Below, piece by piece: positions 19,818 to 29,418 of a stretch of DNA of 64,000 nucleotides (position 1 is its first letter; every line of letters begins with the position of its first letter). The notes below the pieces were generated by a model. That model was not told the DNA's origin. It ran no database searches and saw nothing but the letters and a program-made list of their open reading frames with translations. Made by a program: the position numbers and the translations under genes. Location: the sequence record MH791411.1; one strand, 5' to 3'. This DNA comes from Escherichia phage Ecwhy_1.

Positions 19818-22481
19818 TTATTGAGTCTTTTCAATACGAATAGGTACGTAAATGAAGTTGATAGACTTAGTAGGTTGGATTGCAATATCCATCCAAAGTT
19901 CGTTACGGTCAATACGTTCAGAAGTGTTGTTACTTTCGTCACAAACTACTGCGAAGTTATATAGACCTTGTTGTTGAACGATTTCAGCTAGGAAGCTATT
20001 CACTACACCACTGAATTCCTGACGAGTACTTGGAGTATTCAAACGGAATAGGAATGGTTCAGAGATGATTTCTAGTTGACGACGAATGTAAACAACCAAA
20101 CGAGCAACGTTAACACGGCTTAGTGCAGAGGTTTGGTTAGCAGATAGTGTTTTATCACCATATACTAGCAAGCCACGGTTAGGACGCATTGCAATTGGGT
20201 TAATGTTGTTGGTATACATCACGTCACGTTGACCTTGGTTGTATACTACTGGTTGATATTCACCTTCACTGTTAATGAAACCAGTACTTGCAGCGTTGGT
20301 TACAACACCACGAGTAGTACCAGCAGGTGGATACCACACATAACTAACACTATCACTGTACGCATAGGTACGCATTGCAACAGTACTGCCTGGAACTGCA
20401 ACTTCTTCACCATCAACGTTAGTACTTAAACACCAGCCCATGTACTGAGCAGCATAATCATATGCAGAAGTACGGCCTACTGAACCATTACTTGGTGCGT
20501 TGTTTGCGTTGGTAGCCCATTCTTGAACTGCACTACCGTTTCCGGTTGGGTTCAAACGAGCAGGTACATCAGTTACGATAAACGCTGTTTCTTTACGATC
20601 AGTGTTTAGGGTAATACATTCATCTAGAGTTTCTACATAACCAGGAACACAGATTAGGTTAAAGTTGATGAATTCAGAACGGATATCATCATTACCGATG
20701 ATTACAGCAGCTAGTGCTTCAACGATTAGTTTGCGTTGTGCTGCACGACCGAATAGACCTGCACCATCAAGACTAACACCACTAACAACTTGCCATTGAC
20801 CATTAACCATTTTCTTAACAACACCTTCGGTATTACCGAGGTCAATTGCAAGCATACCATTCTGATAAAGAGCAGCAGAAGCAACTTGTTCAGGGAAGTT
20901 AAAGTCAGCGAAAATCATACCGTTTAGAGTACTTTGGTCAGTATTGTCTAGTTTAACCCACTCACCATCAACGTTACGATAGAAATCATAACCATCAATT
21001 CCTTGAGATAGAGGGCGTACCCAAATTAGACGGTCTGCCGAAGGTTCATCAACTTGAACATATTTGTTATCTTCTTGTACTAGATCCCATTCGTCATTTG
21101 CAACATCTGCAATGTACATGGTAACAGTTAGGTTATCGGAATTACCGAAATCATACCAAATAGTACCGTCTTTAGCAATACTACGTGGAACAGAAGAGCT
21201 AACACGTAAGTTATTAACGTTAACTAGAGAATAGTTGTTACTATCTACAGTTAGTTTAGCTAGTTCATTCGCTGCAAAAATATCATCACCGCTTTGGGTA
21301 ACTTTAAAGCTATAACCTTTGGTGTTTGTAACTACCAAACCGCCATTAGATTCACGTTTGAATTTGAATCCATCATTGATAAGATCAGCACTAACATTTA
21401 GATTATCGATGATAGTTTGAGTATTAATTACGCCACCTTGTGGTACTGCAAGTACTTTAACAGATTTGTTTAGGTAAGCGAAAGTCAAATAACTATTTTC
21501 ACCAGCTTGCTCAATAACAGTTTCACCTAGTGGTACTGCTGGAGCACTAATTGCTGATAGTTTTGCACTTTGAATATAGAAAGAGAAACTCTTACTATCG
21601 TCATCAAAACGGCAAGCAATATAACTGTTGTTTAGTACACCACTCTTAGCTTCAACTTCTTGGAAAGAATTACCAGTATATGCTGGAACGATATTCCAAA
21701 CTTGAGTTAGAGATGCATAACGTTTTAGAACAAAGCGAGTGCCAAAATAGTTTGAACCATTTTGAGTATAACCATCACGAATCCATACGTTACCTTGTTC
21801 AACAGTTGAACCAACTGGAACTTTGTTGATTGGTGATAGATAAGTTTCAACCTGTACTAGACCAGATGCTGCACGTTTGTACATAAGCATTTGACCATTA
21901 CTTGGCTTATAACGTAGAACTAGATCATCAACGTTTAGACCAACTAGGCTAACATCGTCAACTTCTTCAGAACTTACGATGGTAACAGGCTTCAATTGCC
22001 AGTCATAGAAGCTGCTTGGGCTGTCTTTCTTAGCAACATAAGCTTCAATTTGTGATTGAGCAGCATCAAACCATAGAGTACCATTTGGTACTGGACCAGT
22101 TGGTGCAGTTGCACTTGGTGATAGTTGAGCTAAATCGATATCAGCACGAATAACATATGCACGGTTGGTGATGCCTAGATAAGAATACACAGCATGTAGA
22201 CCATATTCGTTTAGTTCGTCACCTTGAACAACTGAACCATTGTTCATTTGGAAAATTGGTGAGCCAAATGTATCTAGTGAGCTTTTCTGTGATGTTAGTA
22301 GCTGTAGTTTACCAGCGTTTGCTTTAGTGGTTCCCGCAGCGATTGCACTGCTACCAGGAACAAGTTTGTCTTCAGCAGTAGCGATTACAAATAGTGGTAC
22401 TGTGCCAGGAGCAGCAGCAGTACTCATACTTTCATCAGTTACTGAAATGGAAACGCCAGGTGAGAGTAGATCTCCTGCCAT
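19818..22481 (-). CDS. contractile tail sheath protein
   Basis: 887 aa; N-terminus MAGDLLSPGVSISV; C-terminal region (RVNVARLVVYIRRQ, VVCDESNNTSERIDRNEL, IQPTKSINFIYV) matches the conserved sheath C-terminal domain as I recall it from T4 gp18; GGAGGA RBS. Confidence 0.85.
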   Translation of the reverse strand: MAGDLLSPGVSISVTDESMSTAAAPGTVPLFVIATAEDKLVPGSSAIAAGTTKANAGKLQLLTSQKSSLDTFGSPIFQMNNGSVVQGDELNEYGLHAVYSYLGITNRAYVIRADIDLAQLSPSATAPTGPVPNGTLWFDAAQSQIEAYVAKKDSPSSFYDWQLKPVTIVSSEEVDDVSLVGLNVDDLVLRYKPSNGQMLMYKRAASGLVQVETYLSPINKVPVGSTVEQGNVWIRDGYTQNGSNYFGTRFVLKRYASLTQVWNIVPAYTGNSFQEVEAKSGVLNNSYIACRFDDDSKSFSFYIQSAKLSAISAPAVPLGETVIEQAGENSYLTFAYLNKSVKVLAVPQGGVINTQTIIDNLNVSADLINDGFKFKRESNGGLVVTNTKGYSFKVTQSGDDIFAANELAKLTVDSNNYSLVNVNNLRVSSSVPRSIAKDGTIWYDFGNSDNLTVTMYIADVANDEWDLVQEDNKYVQVDEPSADRLIWVRPLSQGIDGYDFYRNVDGEWVKLDNTDQSTLNGMIFADFNFPEQVASAALYQNGMLAIDLGNTEGVVKKMVNGQWQVVSGVSLDGAGLFGRAAQRKLIVEALAAVIIGNDDIRSEFINFNLICVPGYVETLDECITLNTDRKETAFIVTDVPARLNPTGNGSAVQEWATNANNAPSNGSVGRTSAYDYAAQYMGWCLSTNVDGEEVAVPGSTVAMRTYAYSDSVSYVWYPPAGTTRGVVTNAASTGFINSEGEYQPVVYNQGQRDVMYTNNINPIAMRPNRGLLVYGDKTLSANQTSALSRVNVARLVVYIRRQLEIISEPFLFRLNTPSTRQEFSGVVNSFLAEIVQQQGLYNFAVVCDESNNTSERIDRNELWMDIAIQPTKSINFIYVPIRIEKTQ

Positions 22482-22575
22482 ATTAAATCCTCCAAAAATA
22501 ATTGGTTATTCGAATTATATTCGTATAGTCTTATTTATTGAAGGATTTGAATGTCAAGTCCTAATTGTTTTAATT

Positions 22576-23202
22576 TCACTTATTGGCATAAATAACGCTC
22601 AATGCTTGTTGGTGCAACGCTTCAATTGTGCTATTATTTTGTACAATGATATCAGGATTATTGATACCAATCCACGCCCATTCAGATTCATGAACTGATT
22701 CTAACTCAATTGGTTTCATGCTAATATCACCTTTATTAAAAGATGCTGCTAAACCATACCAGTGTGGGAGGGTACGCTGAACTTCAATCACAATACCATT
22801 TAATGAACGAATCATTTTTAGTTCATTTGGAAATCGGCAGTCAGTAATGATAATATTCCCTTCAACAGATTGCATTGACTTCTCTAAGCTATGGACCCAA
22901 ATATCATTATGAAAGTACTTACGCAAAATATTAGTACCGTAATTCTGTAATACCCAACGAGGGGAAACATCATCACGCCCCAACTTCTCACACCAGTACT
23001 GGTCTGGCTCTTCACGGAGTTTACGACTTTCCTTAGTCGAACCCTCAAGCATTTCACGATCCCATCCAAAGATAGCAGCAACTGAATCTTTAAGATTAGT
23101 TGCAAATGACATTCTTGTGTAACCATTATTGATAAAAGTTTCACCAAAAGTATCTTTGCCACTACCGATAGTACCGTTAATTGCAATTATTTGTCTTTCC
23201 AT
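22576..23202 (-). CDS. deoxynucleoside monophosphate kinase (T4 gene 1-like)
   Basis: 208 aa; P-loop GTIGSGKDT, plus WVLQNYGTNILRKYF and IITDCRFPNE segments paralleling T4 dNMP kinase. Confidence 0.65.
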   Translation of the reverse strand: MERQIIAINGTIGSGKDTFGETFINNGYTRMSFATNLKDSVAAIFGWDREMLEGSTKESRKLREEPDQYWCEKLGRDDVSPRWVLQNYGTNILRKYFHNDIWVHSLEKSMQSVEGNIIITDCRFPNELKMIRSLNGIVIEVQRTLPHWYGLAASFNKGDISMKPIELESVHESEWAWIGINNPDIIVQNNSTIEALHQQALSVIYANK

Positions 23203-23220
23203 AATACTTCTCCATGTATA

Positions 23221-23499
23221 TTATATAAGTACTACTAAATCCTTTCCTACTAAACATTCAAGTAATCCAACTATAAACTCACTCCCATAATATATAGTAA
23301 CATAAGTGATGTAGAATGTTTCTCCATTATCATCACGACATATACTCGCCCACGCGTTTATTCGATCTCTACCGAAAACATCTACGATTGATTCTTTTAT
23401 AAATTTCCAGTTCTTTTCGGTTGATTCATAATCCAATGTAGGTGCTCCACAAGTATATTTGTTATACATTGCATACACTGCATCTATGTTGTTATTCAT
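23221..23499 (-). CDS. hypothetical protein
   Basis: 92-aa ORF with ATG start. Confidence 0.45.
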   Translation of the reverse strand: MNNNIDAVYAMYNKYTCGAPTLDYESTEKNWKFIKESIVDVFGRDRINAWASICRDDNGETFYITYVTIYYGSEFIVGLLECLVGKDLVVLI

Positions 23500-23543
23500 G
23501 TCAGGTTCCTTTAGATTAATATTATCATTATATCACAACATAT

Positions 23544-23576
23544 AAAAAAAGACCCCATATAGGAGTCTTTTTTTTG
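23544..23576. terminator. imperfect hairpin flanked by A-run and T-run (bidirectional terminator-like)
   Basis: aagac-ccc-atat-agga-gtctt (23549-23569) with aaaaaaa upstream and tttttttt downstream. Confidence 0.45.
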
Positions 23577-23578
23577 TT

Positions 23579-24370
23579 TTATCCGATAATCATTCCAAGT
23601 GGGTCACCACCATCTTTGTATCTCTTCAACTGTTCTTTAAGCTGTTCTTGAAGTTGTGCACCTTCATTACGTAATGTATCACCATCCATAGAGAATGTAC
23701 CCTGTGGTCCAGGCAATGTAGCAAATTTAGCACGGTTGCGACCCAACATAATCATAGCTTCAGACAATGCCCAGTCACGTAGCCAAGGATAGCTTTGTTG
23801 ACGTTGGAATAGCAATGGTTCAGGTATATTATGATATACATGTAATAGCACTTCTTCAGTACCGCGAATATCACGATCAATTATTAGTTTTTTGGTCATT
23901 GGGTTGAACTGGAAGATGATTTCTCTACCAAACATACGCCCAACTAATTCTTGGAATTGAAAACTAAAATCATAAGTAGTTAAGTCATAACCACCAGCGT
24001 TACGTGCAGACGTTAAAAGGTAAGTGTTGGTAAATGCGAGTGAAAAAGGGTCTACTGAGTTACCACTACCAGAACTTAGATAACCGTTACCATAACGATA
24101 AATCTGTTTGACAATTTCAACTTCAGTAGGAAGCATGTATACAGATTGTGAATCATAGAATTTCATGTTCAAGAATGCTTCTTCTTTTGAAGCAGAACTC
24201 CATGCTCGGTAGTTTGATACCGCATTATCAATTGCAATTTCCAATTGACCATCAGTAATTTCAACTTCAACTGCACCAGCACCTAACATTTGAGTGATAA
24301 CATCTTTCAGTTTTTCACGATGATCAAAGTTTGGAGCATCTGGGTTTCCACCCATATAATCGTAAGACAT
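23579..24370 (-). CDS. hypothetical protein (possibly virion/tail-associated by position)
   Basis: Track ORF 23579..24385; the ATG at 24370 has a GAGGTG RBS. No confident motif. Confidence 0.5.
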   Translation of the reverse strand: MSYDYMGGNPDAPNFDHREKLKDVITQMLGAGAVEVEITDGQLEIAIDNAVSNYRAWSSASKEEAFLNMKFYDSQSVYMLPTEVEIVKQIYRYGNGYLSSGSGNSVDPFSLAFTNTYLLTSARNAGGYDLTTYDFSFQFQELVGRMFGREIIFQFNPMTKKLIIDRDIRGTEEVLLHVYHNIPEPLLFQRQQSYPWLRDWALSEAMIMLGRNRAKFATLPGPQGTFSMDGDTLRNEGAQLQEQLKEQLKRYKDGGDPLGMIIG

Positions 24371-24420
24371 AAAAAAGCACCTCATTAATGTTTATATACA
24401 TTATTTAGAGGTGCTAATAG

Positions 24421-24639
24421 TTATTTGGAATTATACAAGCAATACAAGTATACCATAGGAGCAAAATGTTCGGTATCAACTAAGTATATTAACTGGGTGT
24501 CATATATACCGTACAAATCTCGAAATTTATCTCTGTACAGCAACAATGACTTATTGTTGTGTGGGTCAACCCAGTACTTTAAGTCATTGTAGTGCAACGT
24601 GTTATTACGGTAACCTGATAATATTTGTTTTTTAGCCAA
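24421..24639 (-). CDS. hypothetical small protein (non-ATG start?)
   Basis: 72-aa ORF whose first codon appears to be TTG with no clear RBS. Confidence 0.3.
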   Translation of the reverse strand: MAKKQILSGYRNNTLHYNDLKYWVDPHNNKSLLLYRDKFRDLYGIYDTQLIYLVDTEHFAPMVYLYCLYNSK

Positions 24640-25009
24640 CTTTTTTACAATTACTTAGTAAATGCATGATGGCATCAGCGGTAAATGGTCCCAGTACTAA
24701 AACTTCTTCTCCATTACCGAAGATACTCAATGGTACAGATTGTTGTCCTGCTAGATATTCGATTTGTTCTAATTCGAAAATGTCATCAGCAGCATAAACA
24801 ACCTGTTCCATTTCATTATCTTTAATCCATGACTGCCAATGTTCTTTAAACTGCTTCGCTTCGTATTCCAGTACATAGTTAGGTGATTCTGGATTGTACT
24901 GATGTAGCATTGTCATACCAGCCATAACCAGTTCTTTTGGTGATGGAGTAGAATCTTTCAGTACTACGATAGCTTGGATAGTTTTAACTTTAACGTTTTG
25001 AGCAGCCAT
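24632..25009 (-). CDS. hypothetical protein
   Basis: 125-aa ORF. Confidence 0.45.
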   Translation of the reverse strand: MAAQNVKVKTIQAIVVLKDSTPSPKELVMAGMTMLHQYNPESPNYVLEYEAKQFKEHWQSWIKDNEMEQVVYAADDIFELEQIEYLAGQQSVPLSIFGNGEEVLVLGPFTADAIMHLLSNCKKVG

Positions 25010-25021
25010 TAGATACCTCTA

Positions 25022-25330
25022 TTATAGAATGATTTTGTTATCAGGAACAATCAGTGCTGGTTTTTCTTCGATAGCCTTGATTGCTTCAACATAAGCTTCA
25101 ACTAGTGCAGGGTTTGCATCGCTGATGCTAATGATGTTGGATTTATAAAAAATAACGCCTTTTTCAGAACTAATGAATTCTAGATAATCACGTAGAATGA
25201 TTTCACCTTGTTCGTCAGTACCTAGCTGTGCTGGGTAGTTAACTACTACTGCTTCTGGTGCATCATTTTGTAGAATTGCTAGTACTGGGCCAACGCTGTT
25301 GATGTTTAGTAGTTTAACGGTCATAGTCAT
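25022..25330 (-). CDS. hypothetical protein
   Basis: Track start 25339 is TTG; the ATG at 25330 has an AAGGA RBS. Confidence 0.45.
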   Translation of the reverse strand: MTMTVKLLNINSVGPVLAILQNDAPEAVVVNYPAQLGTDEQGEIILRDYLEFISSEKGVIFYKSNIISISDANPALVEAYVEAIKAIEEKPALIVPDNKIIL

Positions 25331-25349
25331 TTTTGTCAAGTCCTTTTGT

Positions 25350-25829
25350 TTATTTTAGAATGTATAAGTGTTTTTCTGCATTAACCAGTCTGTGGTCAAT
25401 GATTTCTTTGATAACGTTCCAGTTACCACCGCCTAAATCGGCTCCAATTTTCGGGAAGTGTACATGGATCTCTTGTGGTTCATTTTTAATGAATTCATTC
25501 ATCGAGTTAAATGCAAGGTCAATCGCATCATAACTTACATACTTCTTACCATCATTACCATAATACTCTTGTGTAATGCAGTTTGCAATAATTAAGTTAT
25601 TATTTGGTGCTGCATAGACAACTTCACCCAATTTCAAACCATTCTGATTGGTATAACGTGTATGATACACATCATATGCCAATTGGTGACGCTTTCTTAA
25701 TTCTTTTGCAAAACCAGAACCCATCTTACCCTGAGCGTTACAACCATGAGCGATAATATGTAATGCAGTTTGATCAGTAGTAACAGTACTGAATAAATCA
25801 AACAGATTACCACAATGTTCATGTATCAT
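25350..25829 (-). CDS. macro-domain protein (ADP-ribose binding/processing)
   Basis: 159 aa; IIAHGCNAQGKMGSGFAKEL and HVHFPKIGADLGGGNW match the macro-domain Gly-rich ADP-ribose-binding loops; GGAGAA RBS. Confidence 0.7.
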   Translation of the reverse strand: MIHEHCGNLFDLFSTVTTDQTALHIIAHGCNAQGKMGSGFAKELRKRHQLAYDVYHTRYTNQNGLKLGEVVYAAPNNNLIIANCITQEYYGNDGKKYVSYDAIDLAFNSMNEFIKNEPQEIHVHFPKIGADLGGGNWNVIKEIIDHRLVNAEKHLYILK

Positions 25830-25839
25830 TATATTCTCC

Positions 25840-25869
25840 GAAAAGAAAGGACTCTGTAATCAGAGTCCT
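25840..25869 (-). terminator. rho-independent terminator
   Basis: Hairpin aggactctg-taat-cagagtcct (25848-25869); on the minus strand followed by a U-rich tract. Confidence 0.65.
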
Positions 25870-25880
25870 TAATTTATATT

Positions 25881-26138
25881 TTATTCTTCTTCACCGAATC
25901 GAATTTTTTTCAATTCTTTTCGTTGTTTGCGAGCAATGGTACTTTTGTGAAGTCTATTACCACGTTTTGTGTCTTTCGTAATGTACCATGAATCTTCTGG
26001 TGCATTATAATCACAATAACCATCTTCTGTAATCGTCCCTAAGAAAGCAGACTTTTTAGGAATGGATGTTTGAGCTTTAGCAGCGAATTGGCCTTTTGCT
26101 AATTGTTCACGAAAACTGAGCATAATAGTATCTCCCAA
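25881..26138 (-). CDS. hypothetical small basic protein
   Basis: 85-aa ORF, Lys/Arg-rich C-terminus. Confidence 0.45.
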   Translation of the reverse strand: MGDTIMLSFREQLAKGQFAAKAQTSIPKKSAFLGTITEDGYCDYNAPEDSWYITKDTKRGNRLHKSTIARKQRKELKKIRFGEEE

Positions 26139-26168
26139 ATTGTTACGAAGAACTTGTGTTCTTCATTA

Positions 26169-26411
26169 TTATTTAGGGTTGCTCGAAACCTCTACTGAAG
26201 CGATGAATGCCAAAATATCATCTTTACTGAAAGCTTCAATAATATAAGCAACCGCTTTATCGTACTGTTCTTTCTTAGTAGTGTATTCTTTCATTTTGTG
26301 AATTTTACGTTGTGCTTTAACTTTTGCAGCTTCCATATCAGGCATTTTAAATTCAACACCCAATGTGTCAGCTAAATGTTTTGCACGAGATGATACTTTA
26401 TCAATATTCAT
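26169..26411 (-). CDS. hypothetical small protein
   Basis: 80-aa ORF. Confidence 0.45.
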   Translation of the reverse strand: MNIDKVSSRAKHLADTLGVEFKMPDMEAAKVKAQRKIHKMKEYTTKKEQYDKAVAYIIEAFSKDDILAFIASVEVSSNPK

Positions 26412-26659
26412 TAATTCCAGCGACCTTCTTTAAGACCTTCAACGAAACCAGTACAGCCACCTGGAACGTAAACATCGTTTACGAAAATTTGTGGAACCTG
26501 TCGTACTGGCTCACCACATAGTTCAGATAGTTTAGCACCATCAATACCAGCGGTAACAATATCGATAAACTCCATATCAAATTTGTTATTTTCACATACT
26601 GCTTTAGCAGTGTCGCAGAATTTACAACCAGTAGTGCGACCATAAATTTTAACTTTCAT
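26411..26659 (-). CDS. glutaredoxin/thioredoxin-like protein (NrdC-like)
   Basis: 82 aa; CxxC active site (GCKFC) near the N-terminus and a C-terminal GG motif, typical small glutaredoxin layout. Confidence 0.7.
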   Translation of the reverse strand: MKVKIYGRTTGCKFCDTAKAVCENNKFDMEFIDIVTAGIDGAKLSELCGEPVRQVPQIFVNDVYVPGGCTGFVEGLKEGRWN

Positions 26660-27059
26660 TTCTTTTCCCTTTATTTCGTTGAAACATTGTAACAGCCTTT
26701 ATTATACTGTTACACATTCGTTCAGTCAAATACTTTTGACAATCTAGTACATCAATGTACATGAACTTATCCAATTCTGGGTGACTTCTACCATATCTGT
26801 TTGTGTAAGTACTTTTACACTCCAACTCTTCTGGTATAGGCTTATCTTTGGCTGTATAGAAAAATAAAACTAAACGTTTCCCCTTTCTATACGATACATC
26901 ACCAAGAAACAGAAGATCATCTTCATCGATTTCATATCCTGTCTCTTCGTAGCATTCACGTACAGCAGCCTCTTTAAATGTTTCTGTACCTTCAGTTTTA
27001 CCTTTAGGTAAGTCCCAGTGATTCTGTCCGTGTTGTATGCCCGATAAGTATCTGACCAT
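26649..27059 (-). CDS. Nudix hydrolase
   Basis: Complete Nudix box GKTEGTETFKEAAVRECYEETGY (Gx5Ex7REUxEExGU); track start 27062 is GTG, ATG at 27059. Confidence 0.75.
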   Translation of the reverse strand: MVRYLSGIQHGQNHWDLPKGKTEGTETFKEAAVRECYEETGYEIDEDDLLFLGDVSYRKGKRLVLFFYTAKDKPIPEELECKSTYTNRYGRSHPELDKFMYIDVLDCQKYLTERMCNSIIKAVTMFQRNKGKRNES

Positions 27060-27168
27060 CACGATAAAATATTATACCACAGCTATAACGCATAATCTTA
27101 TCTCTTTATCATCAAGTGATGTTCAGATACTAGTAATTATATCAGAAGATGTTAACTTGTCCCAGCTT

Positions 27169-28284
27169 TTAGAACATTTGCTTGATTGCTTCAATACGCA
27201 ATTCAGCAACAAAATCACGAATCTCCGATGTTTGGAGTTCACCATCTTTCACTAACTGCTGAATATCAGGTAATTCAACATCAGTATAACGATCATAAAC
27301 TTTAATAATCAAATCTTCAAGTTCAGAATCAATTTCTTTGTTCAAAATGAAGTTTTCCAGTACTTTGTAAAGGAAATCTTCACCACCATTGTTTTTGATA
27401 TTCATATCCAGTAAGATTTGTCCCATTTCAACTGGGGTCTTCTTACGGAAGGTTTTAATATCTTCACGGAAACGCTTGATGTAATTACTAAACTTAACGT
27501 ACTTAACTGGAACCTTAATGGAACCGTTAAGTACTGAATCATTATTTACTTCTTCATTTTCAAGAAGTACTGTCCATAAGAAATATGGTTTATATTCTTC
27601 TGTACAATTTGCAGCGATAGAATCAATTAATTCCAGACGTTTCTTGGTAACTGGAACTGTAGTAAATGCCTTTTCGTAATAACCAAATTGTACCAGAGTT
27701 TTGATAAACTTGGAAGGGTTTTCTTCAGAAAGTGCTTTTTCGAATTCAACAAAAACACGATCTGGAACTAGATGGTCTAGTTCACCAGTACTAACCATAT
27801 CTTTACACATTGTCATAGTATCATCATGGATTGTAAAGTCGGAGTAACGCGTAGCGAAACGGGCCAAACGTAGAACACGCAATGGATCTTCTTTAAAGTG
27901 TTCTGATACATGACGAAGTACTTTGTTCTTGATATCAGCTTTCCCGCCATAAGGGTCGATGTGAATCTGGAGTACTGGATCATATGCAATACTATTGATT
28001 GTGAGATCACGACGATATAGATCTTGTTCTAGTGTCACACCTTTTGTATTCACTTCGAAGCCACCATATCCAGTACCAGTTTTACGCTCAGTACGGGCTA
28101 ATGCGTGTTCATTACCTTCTGGACTTAGATATACAGGGAAATCCTTACCTACTTGCTTGTATCCAATACTTTGCAAGTATTTAATATCGGATTCGGTAGC
28201 ACCGACAATAACATAATCTTTGTCTTTTGCACGGATACCCATTAAACGGTCACGAACGTAGCCACCAACCAAATACTTTTTCAT
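27169..28284 (-). CDS. tRNA nucleotidyltransferase (CCA-adding enzyme / poly(A) polymerase family)
   Basis: 371 aa; N-terminal GGYVRDRLMG and DKDYVIVGAT match the class II CCA-adding/PAP head domain. Confidence 0.7.
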   Translation of the reverse strand: MKKYLVGGYVRDRLMGIRAKDKDYVIVGATESDIKYLQSIGYKQVGKDFPVYLSPEGNEHALARTERKTGTGYGGFEVNTKGVTLEQDLYRRDLTINSIAYDPVLQIHIDPYGGKADIKNKVLRHVSEHFKEDPLRVLRLARFATRYSDFTIHDDTMTMCKDMVSTGELDHLVPDRVFVEFEKALSEENPSKFIKTLVQFGYYEKAFTTVPVTKKRLELIDSIAANCTEEYKPYFLWTVLLENEEVNNDSVLNGSIKVPVKYVKFSNYIKRFREDIKTFRKKTPVEMGQILLDMNIKNNGGEDFLYKVLENFILNKEIDSELEDLIIKVYDRYTDVELPDIQQLVKDGELQTSEIRDFVAELRIEAIKQMF

Positions 28285-28285
28285 A

Positions 28286-28408
28286 TCATTCCCCCATCAA
28301 CCAATCACGTAGACGTTCCCAGAAGCCTTTTGGCTGATATTCTGGATATTCATATTCATCTGTTCCTTGCTCGGAAACACCCCAATCTTCTTCTAATACT
28401 GTAATCAC
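28286..28408 (-). CDS. conserved micro-ORF, copy A (about 40 aa, ends DWLMGE)
   Basis: GTG start with GGAGG RBS; stop TGA one nt before the CCA-enzyme ATG; paralogue of copy B at both nucleotide and protein level. Confidence 0.4.
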   Translation of the reverse strand: MITVLEEDWGVSEQGTDEYEYPEYQPKGFWERLRDWLMGE

Positions 28409-28419
28409 AATGCCTCCAA

Positions 28420-28857
28420 TTAAATTAATCTATCACGTAGACGGTCGTAATATTTTGCATGTATATCTAGTATACACTGAAATGATGGATAGTCAATACT
28501 AAATGTATCATCAATGAACATGTACTGAAGAAGTGTTTCTGGTCCATTATCAACAACTGGTAATGTCCCTTCTTTTTTTGATAGGGTGTGCCACATCAAC
28601 TCACTTTCAATATGGTGAGTTGCGTATGTCAATTCAATCTTACTTTTTCGTAGTAAAATTAACAATTCATCATTGTCATCGAGTGCATTACGAAATTTAA
28701 TACGAACTGTACCCTGGAAATTATTAGTGTACATAACACGATGATGATTGTATGAAATTAAACCACGTCTTTCAGTACTGATTTCATGTTCAGCAAAGTA
28801 CTTTAACGTTTCATTAAATTTTGGAATTTTACTTGCGTCCACCAATGTAATCCTCAT
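28420..28857 (-). CDS. hypothetical protein, member of a tandem paralogue pair
   Basis: C-terminal LLQYMFIDDTFSIDY parallels YLQYQFIDDTFGFDF in the neighbouring gene; start 28857 or 28863 uncertain. Confidence 0.5.
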   Translation of the reverse strand: MRITLVDASKIPKFNETLKYFAEHEISTERRGLISYNHHRVMYTNNFQGTVRIKFRNALDDNDELLILLRKSKIELTYATHHIESELMWHTLSKKEGTLPVVDNGPETLLQYMFIDDTFSIDYPSFQCILDIHAKYYDRLRDRLI

Positions 28858-29236
28858 ATACATGATATACGTTCATTATACTATTATATAGTTCAAAGTC
28901 AAATCCAAATGTGTCATCAATGAACTGGTATTGCAGATATTCTTCATATGAAGCATCAATTGGTAATGATCCAGCACGAATATCATCTGATTTAAAATCG
29001 TCAATGTATCTTAATGTTATGTCTTCATCAACAGTAATATCTATCATCAACGTATCGTCACTGTACCAAAGGTTATGTATACGGATGTAAAGTTTCTTAG
29101 CACGATTAAAACTAGATACATTGGTATTGCGATGGAGTTTATCTAAGTTGAAGTAAAAACCAGGCTCGTTTTTACTTATGTTTTTCATATGTTCTGCAAT
29201 CGAATCAATTATATAATCAATGTTGAATGTTCTCAT
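28829..29236 (-). CDS. hypothetical protein, member of a tandem paralogue pair
   Basis: Paralogue of 28420..28857; the ATG at 29236 overlaps the upstream stop (ATGA); track start 29242 is TTG. Confidence 0.5.
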   Translation of the reverse strand: MRTFNIDYIIDSIAEHMKNISKNEPGFYFNLDKLHRNTNVSSFNRAKKLYIRIHNLWYSDDTLMIDITVDEDITLRYIDDFKSDDIRAGSLPIDASYEEYLQYQFIDDTFGFDFELYNSIMNVYHVYEDYIGGRK

Positions 29237-29418
29237 AAACAAATCTCATAGCGGTTTGTGTTTGGATTGTAGCAATAGGTATCATTAATTTTAACACCAG
29301 GTTTAAGTGTTATTGTTGTTCCTACTTCAGTACTGGGTTCTGCATCACAATAAATCATCACACCAACGCCACAGATTAAAGCTAAGATACAAATAATAGC
29401 ACATATTGTATATTCCAT
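29233..29418 (-). CDS. small membrane protein
   Basis: 61 aa from the ATG at 29418; N-terminal hydrophobic helix ICAIICILALICGVGVMIY; start overlaps the stop of micro-ORF B (TGATG). Confidence 0.45.
   Translation of the reverse strand: MEYTICAIICILALICGVGVMIYCDAEPSTEVGTTITLKPGVKINDTYCYNPNTNRYEICL

Noticed and set aside
19431-22560. T4-type late promoters (TATAAATA) upstream of sheath, tube and fibre genes
   Set aside because: Only near-matches (e.g. ATAAATAA, ATAAATAC) were found; in AT-rich sequence these are not distinguishable from chance by eye.
23579-24370. Assignment of 23579..24370 as a T4 gp15/gp3-type tail completion protein
   Set aside because: Position next to dNMP kinase and sheath is suggestive, but I could not recognise any specific sequence similarity; left as hypothetical.
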